NCBI GenBank assembly: GCA_048940925.1
Contig: JBHLOC010000006.1
Span: 1-64,000, forward strand
Direction: 5' to 3'
Length of the DNA: 64,000 bases
DNA from: Promethearchaeota archaeon
Lineage (GTDB): Archaea; Asgardarchaeota; Lokiarchaeia; Sigyniarchaeales; SOKP01
Shown: positions 58,965 to 64,000 of the stretch, one piece after another
Layout of the letters: each line of letters starts with the position of its first letter
Position numbering within the stretch: the stretch's first letter is position 1
Made by a program: the position numbers and the translations under genes
Notes under the pieces: generated by a model
The model's input: only the letters and a program-made list of their open reading frames with translations
What the model was told of the DNA's origin: nothing
Databases searched by the model: none

Positions 58965-59678
58965 TTGATGCTTCTTATGAGTTTTAAACCAGAATATTTT
59001 GGGCTTAAAAGAGATTGTTTATATGAAATAATAGCGACAACTTATTCTATTACTGATAATGAAAAGGCTATTCACCCTAATGCTTCTTGTATGGGGATAA
59101 GATTGATTGATAATAACAATTTACAGATCATTCCTTTTTATACTACATCTACCTACAAAAATCTAAAAGCCAATAATATAATTGCTATTAATTTTATTGA
59201 CGATATATACTTATATGCTCTTGCTGCATTAAAAGATCCACATTCTTCTATAGGTTTAATTGAATTCCCCTCAAAATATTATTCATACAAATATTTTGAT
59301 TTTCTCGTGAGTGATATACCATACATAAAGAAAGCATGGGGTTTATTATTGGGTAGAGTCCTACAAGAATTCCAAAAAACTAAAAAAGATGAATTAGGAG
59401 ATATTAACGTGCCAGTGTTTAAGTTAGATGTTATTTTTAACAAAAAATTTCATGAGTCTTATAAATTATTCAATAGAGCAGAAAACTTAACCTTGGAAAC
59501 AATAATTTTAGCAACTCGCTTAAAAATTGCTAAGAAACAAAAAAATCAATATCTGTTTTCTAAACTCTATGAAAAAATGAGAGATCATATAGAGAATATT
59601 GAAAGGTTTGGAAAAAATAAAAAAGTATTAAAAACTATTGAATTGGTAAGTAGTTATATGAAAAAATTGATGGAGTAA
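58965..59678 (+). CDS. DUF447 family protein
   Basis: YE.I.TT, PNA..MG, T..NL, FNRA....LE..I.ATR. Confidence 0.75.
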   Translation: MMLLMSFKPEYFGLKRDCLYEIIATTYSITDNEKAIHPNASCMGIRLIDNNNLQIIPFYTTSTYKNLKANNIIAINFIDDIYLYALAALKDPHSSIGLIEFPSKYYSYKYFDFLVSDIPYIKKAWGLLLGRVLQEFQKTKKDELGDINVPVFKLDVIFNKKFHESYKLFNRAENLTLETIILATRLKIAKKQKNQYLFSKLYEKMRDHIENIERFGKNKKVLKTIELVSSYMKKLME

Positions 59679-60071
59679 TTATTTTTCTTTAATTTTTTCG
59701 ATAAACATTAATGGATATTCTAATTCATCAATCCATTCGACTTTTGCTACCAAAAAAATAGATTCATACTCAACAATTAATTCTGCTTTGATCATATTCC
59801 TTGTAATCTCATCATAATCAAATTCAGTCCTCTTTGTTCCTGATATTTTTTCCCGATTTAATTGAATTTCTACGGATTTTACATAGGGCTGACATGAAAT
59901 AGCCGATTCTATGCCTCTTTCTATGGCACTTATAATTTTTTCGTCATTCTTAATAGGAATTCCGCTAAGAATGTGATATAATGCACCTAGTTTAATACCT
60001 GTTTCAAAACAAGCTCTTTCTCTCTTACTGAGATCAGGTGAAAAATAAATTCTCGTATTATTTATAGGCAT
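59679..60071 (-). CDS. mptD: archaeal dihydroneopterin aldolase
   Basis: RERA.FE.GIKLGALYH...G.P, IE.AI..QPYV, L.YPLM. Confidence 0.88.
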   Translation of the reverse strand: MPINNTRIYFSPDLSKRERACFETGIKLGALYHILSGIPIKNDEKIISAIERGIESAISCQPYVKSVEIQLNREKISGTKRTEFDYDEITRNMIKAELIVEYESIFLVAKVEWIDELEYPLMFIEKIKEK

Positions 60072-60077
60072 TTAAAT

Positions 60078-61088
60078 TCAATCTAAATAATCTATTTTAG
60101 CTCCTATATTATTAGGTTTACAAATATAAATATGACCTCCTCCATTTTTTTGATTCTTTTGAACACTCTTTAATAAATCTACTGCTTCTGATTCAGATTC
60201 AACAATTCCAAAAACACTAGGACCAAAAGATGACATTCCATATGCCTTTAGTCCGTATTCTTCAAAGAATAATAATAAGTCTTTTACTATCTGGTGTTGT
60301 AAACTAATCTCAATGCTTTTAAAGCCAATAGATTGAATTCGTTTTAAACCTTCCCCAAAACCATTTAAATCATTTTTAATTAATGAAGGAATAATTTTCA
60401 TAATAATTTGATGAGATACTTCATTTACTTCATTTTTTGGAATTGGGGAATAATTTTGAAACACCCTAACTTCTTCATCACCATAGGCTCCTTTCTTTAT
60501 ACTAGGAATTACTAGTACAAATCTCCAATTCTCAGGGATATCATGTCTGAAAATCGTCAATGCTGGATCGGCTAATTTTGATGCTGATGAAGGTAAATAT
60601 GTTTCTTTTTCTTTACCTTTTCCAAAATCATGTCCACCATCTAAAATGAAACCTCCAGTTTCAAAACCCCTCCAACCTATTCCAGAGGTACCACCCCTTT
60701 CTACTAGTTTAGTTAATTGGTTAGTAGATAAATTAGTAATATTCTTCAATTTCGTTATAGCAGTGGCAATAGCTAAAGATAATTGAGTTTTTGAACCTAA
60801 ACCGACATGTGAAGGAAAATATCTTTTAAGATTGAAATGAAAGTTTTTATTACTAATATTAAAAGTTTTAAATACCTTGGAAGCTATTTCATTTATAACT
60901 TCAATTGATTCTCGATAATATTTATGAGCCTCGATCTTAAATTCTTTAGCATTATTAGAGGCTTCAAATATAACATTAGGACGGTCTAACATAAGACCAA
61001 TACCGCCATCAACTCTTCCAGTATATCCATTCTCGTCTATTAGTGAAAGGTGAATCCTACAAGGAGTTGTTATTCTTAAAGAAGTCAT
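60078..61088 (-). CDS. mptG: beta-ribofuranosylaminobenzene 5'-phosphate (beta-RFAP) synthase
   Basis: P.RIH..LID.NG..GR.DGG.G, H.GLGS.TQ, RG.TSGIG...F..GGFI.DGGH, GMSSFGP. Confidence 0.9.
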   Translation of the reverse strand: MTSLRITTPCRIHLSLIDENGYTGRVDGGIGLMLDRPNVIFEASNNAKEFKIEAHKYYRESIEVINEIASKVFKTFNISNKNFHFNLKRYFPSHVGLGSKTQLSLAIATAITKLKNITNLSTNQLTKLVERGGTSGIGWRGFETGGFILDGGHDFGKGKEKETYLPSSASKLADPALTIFRHDIPENWRFVLVIPSIKKGAYGDEEVRVFQNYSPIPKNEVNEVSHQIIMKIIPSLIKNDLNGFGEGLKRIQSIGFKSIEISLQHQIVKDLLLFFEEYGLKAYGMSSFGPSVFGIVESESEAVDLLKSVQKNQKNGGGHIYICKPNNIGAKIDYLD

Positions 61089-61193
61089 ATTTTTTTTTTT
61101 TAAAAAAGAACTTTCAGCTATAAATAGAAATTTTCAAAATAATTTAAATGTATTATATACTTTTATTGATAGATTTTAGTGATTTAGAAGGAT

Positions 61194-61553
61194 TTGAGCG
61201 ATATGAGTTATTTAGAAGGATTAACAAGAAATTTAATAAAGAAGGGTTATTCTAAAAAGCAAATTCTTGAAAGATTAGTACAAGAATATAAAGATTTTAA
61301 AACTATAAATCAAACCTCTGCATTTAAGTTGGCTAAAGGGATATTAAAGGAATGTCAAAGAATTGATATAAATGTGATACATGATCTTTTCATTAAGATT
61401 TTATTAGATGTAAATAAAGCTAATGTATCAGTTGGGAAATAATGTGTAGGGTGTAGAGGTGAAGGAGATTTCTTTGTACATAAATTATTAGCTGAATTAT
61501 CAGAGACTAAAACTAATAATTTTCTCCAACTATCACTTTTCAATTATTTTTGA
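61194..61553 (+). pseudogene. truncated AIR synthase (PurM/HypE-like) related gene with internal TAA
   Basis: LEG..R.L... then VSVGK*CVGCRGEGDFFVH continues in frame across the TAA; resembles the G..GVG.RG.GDF.VH motif of this archaeal family; rest of gene absent. Confidence 0.6.
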
Positions 61554-62009
61554 CTTTTTGACTGCCCTGGCACTCATGACGCTTTATCTTGCAGTTAACT
61601 GATTTAGCTTGATAATAAACGATTTAGTTATTCTAAATTATAAGAATTCTTATAAAGATTTCTCAAATAAACTGCAGGAAAGTGAGGTTAAATTGCTCAT
61701 ATTTGAGAACTATAAGACTAAAGATATTATTCCAAAACACCATGGCAGAGATATGAACAATAAAGATGGTAATTTAGATTGTTGGAATAATATTTTAAGT
61801 AGTGAAGAAATGGAAACTTTTGATGAGGAATTATTACTTCACGGTCCCTATTGTCAAGCAGAATTAGAATTAAAGTAAAAATATCTCAAAATAACATTAC
61901 ATTTATGGTGAATTATGATTATATTGAAAAAAAGGTGAATAATTTTAAATTTAAATATGTTCAATATTAAATGAGAAAAAAATAAATTTACTTTCAAAGA
62001 TGAATTGAA

Positions 62010-62462
62010 ATGGGTATTATTAAAGAAAGATCTTGGTTTATCCTATTAGGATCTGGAATTCTAACTATCGTAGCAATGTTCATACCTTCAATCCAACTTC
62101 TAACAAATTATGAATTTTATTCGTGGGTATGCGGATTATATTATAGTACAGAGACAGGACTCGGTTTCGGTGGCATAGGATTTATAACCATTTTAGTTCC
62201 ATTAAGTGCAGTATTATTATTACTCGCAGGATTAAAAAATAAAAAGACAAATACTCACAATTTAGATATCTTGGGATTGATTGGAGGAGTAACTCTTATA
62301 TTTGTAGCGATCTGGCGTTTTATTGCCGTTATCAGTTATAGGATAACAGTTATCGATATCCCGATATATGTTATTCTTATTGCGGGAGTACTAGGAATGT
62401 TAGTAGGATTAATAGGTTTTAAGGAAAAATCCTTTAAGGTGGAAGTGCTACAATCGGATTAA
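62010..62462 (+). CDS. hypothetical 4-TM membrane protein
   Basis: Four hydrophobic segments. Confidence 0.65.
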   Translation: MGIIKERSWFILLGSGILTIVAMFIPSIQLLTNYEFYSWVCGLYYSTETGLGFGGIGFITILVPLSAVLLLLAGLKNKKTNTHNLDILGLIGGVTLIFVAIWRFIAVISYRITVIDIPIYVILIAGVLGMLVGLIGFKEKSFKVEVLQSD

Positions 62463-62867
62463 TTTTTTTCTTGTAGGGTATTAAGACCATCATAGTAATC
62501 TATCTAATATCTTTTTTTCTTTTTCTTATCATACTCAAACTAAGACTAGTTTGAATTGGAAAATAAGGCTATAAACACCCACCATCTCCCAGAAAGCCTT
62601 TTCTCCCTTATAAAATTAAAAAAAATCACTATGATTGAATCATTTCCTGAAAAATAGCTTGGATATCATCTTATGTTTATTCAACTTAAGTTCATTGTCA
62701 AGATTATCAGATCCATAAAAAAAGGGGTCACTAATCTTAATTATGAATGAGTGTGACCTGCATAGCATTGGAACTTCAAAATATTTTAAGTAGTGTAAAT
62801 TTAGAAACGCGCAATGAAGAACTACTTTATTATTGCCCAAAATAATTTTTTCGATGATTATTAGATG

Positions 62868-63704
62868 TTATTCTTCTCTAAAGTTTGGAATATCCTTTTG
62901 ATAGAATATTTGAGCAATCCAATCCCTATAATGGATAAATTTTCCAGTTCCTTTGAAGTTTACTAATGGTTGATGCATTCTGTCAAATTTAACATAATTA
63001 GAAAAGACAGGGGTAAGGTTATTACAGTCTTCACAAAAGGGTATAATTACTGATTCTACTCCTTTTATTATAGTTTCCGACTGTCCTGGTGCTGTAGCAC
63101 CGTCTGATTCTGTAAACCTATGGCTAAATTTGGTTGCTAATAAATTTTTTCTTGAACCGCATCTTAAACACTTTAATAATTTCATTTTTTCAATTGAGTC
63201 ATAATCAATACGTAAAAAGAAATCTGATGCTTTTCTAATTGCTCTAATTAATCGTTCATATTCACTCCTTAATTCATTATTCTGAGAATCAAGATTAATC
63301 GCCTCTCCATAATATTTTAACGCTTTTTCCATTTCTCCTCTTTTTATACATAAAATTCCTACTTCCTGAAGTGCATCTGGTGCATTAGGATTATATCTTA
63401 ACCCTTTTTCAATATTTTTAATTGCTTTATTGACTTTTCCTTGTTCAGCATTATTCATCCCTATGATATAATATTTTTCAAATTTTTCCATGTTAACTTT
63501 TTTCCGTATTTTCTTTGAATAAATTTTAAAATAATAATATACCAATGAAGGCACAAGGATAATTGAAATAATAACTATCCAAGCTATTGCGGGACCTAAA
63601 TTGTTCCATATAACCCAAATTATCCCCAATATAACAGTAAAAATCACAATTCCCCCACAGGTAATTAAGCTTTGCTCTAAAGGTGTACGGTATTTCTTTG
63701 GCAT
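62868..63704 (-). CDS. membrane-anchored TPR protein with C-terminal CxxC...CxxC zinc site
   Basis: Two TM helices, TPR-like A....G.....G...KA..YY..AI.LD, CLRC and CEDC. Confidence 0.75.
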   Translation of the reverse strand: MPKKYRTPLEQSLITCGGIVIFTVILGIIWVIWNNLGPAIAWIVIISIILVPSLVYYYFKIYSKKIRKKVNMEKFEKYYIIGMNNAEQGKVNKAIKNIEKGLRYNPNAPDALQEVGILCIKRGEMEKALKYYGEAINLDSQNNELRSEYERLIRAIRKASDFFLRIDYDSIEKMKLLKCLRCGSRKNLLATKFSHRFTESDGATAPGQSETIIKGVESVIIPFCEDCNNLTPVFSNYVKFDRMHQPLVNFKGTGKFIHYRDWIAQIFYQKDIPNFREE

Positions 63705-64000
63705 TTCTTAATTTATTACCTCTAAAATTATTGTCTACTATATTAAATTCTGTTTTTAAATATTAAAATATTATTAAAATAATGAGCCTTTTATATTTCC
63801 CTTAACATTAAGAGAAATTAAGTTATAGTAAATTAAATAGATCTTATATTAGTAGCTTTGATTTTTGAGTTTTAAAGTTTATTTATTAATTTTTTACCAC
63901 ATTTTTCACATATATATAAGTTCTTATCTTGAATATGATTACATTTATTACAAACAGTTTCAGGATTTTGTGAAAATAAATCTCTTATCTTTAAAAAAAG

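Noticed and set aside
61560-61612. ATGA...GA segment after the AIR-synthase-like remnant as a possible SECIS
   Set aside because: Spacing is too short, the stem is weak, and the upstream interruption is TAA rather than TGA
62640-62840. 66-aa ORF
   Set aside because: TTG start, no RBS or motif; likely spurious

Overview
AT-rich (roughly 30% GC by eye), gene-dense archaeal chromosome segment, most likely Asgard (Lokiarchaeia-like). The basis is archaeal markers (AlaRS, DtdA/DTD2, MptA, CofG/CofH, beta-RFAP synthase, GGTGA ribosome-binding sites) together with eukaryotic-signature proteins. Main blocks: (i) 1.3-15 kb, a redox/thiol cluster (rubredoxin, NADH:rubredoxin reductase, Isf, glutaredoxins, FTR, two PDOs, TrxR, Hsp20). 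(ii) 15.2-19.4 kb, a co-oriented run of ArsR, an Arf/Rag-like small GTPase, a MASE3-PAS histidine kinase and a response regulator. The regulator's output domain looks like an NPRL2/folliculin-type longin domain with an Arg at the GAP arginine-finger position, suggesting a two-component-controlled GTPase switch. (iii) Three Cys-tailed Lrp/AsnC regulators. (iv) alaS, ftsZ and an EndoQ-like gene. (v) 38.5-46.5 kb, a complete ubiquitin-like system: two Ubls ending in -AG, a membrane-anchored non-conjugatable Ubl paralog, a Uba3-like E1, an E2, an Rpn11/CSN5-like JAMM and a multi-TM RING-variant E3 candidate. (vi) 46.5-61 kb, F420/methanopterin biosynthesis genes, two of which appear to need ATT start codons. 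Several small ORFs missed by the ORF track and several gene remnants were found by hand. No rRNA, tRNA, CRISPR array or intact mobile element was seen. All calls rest on motif recognition only; no database searches were run.
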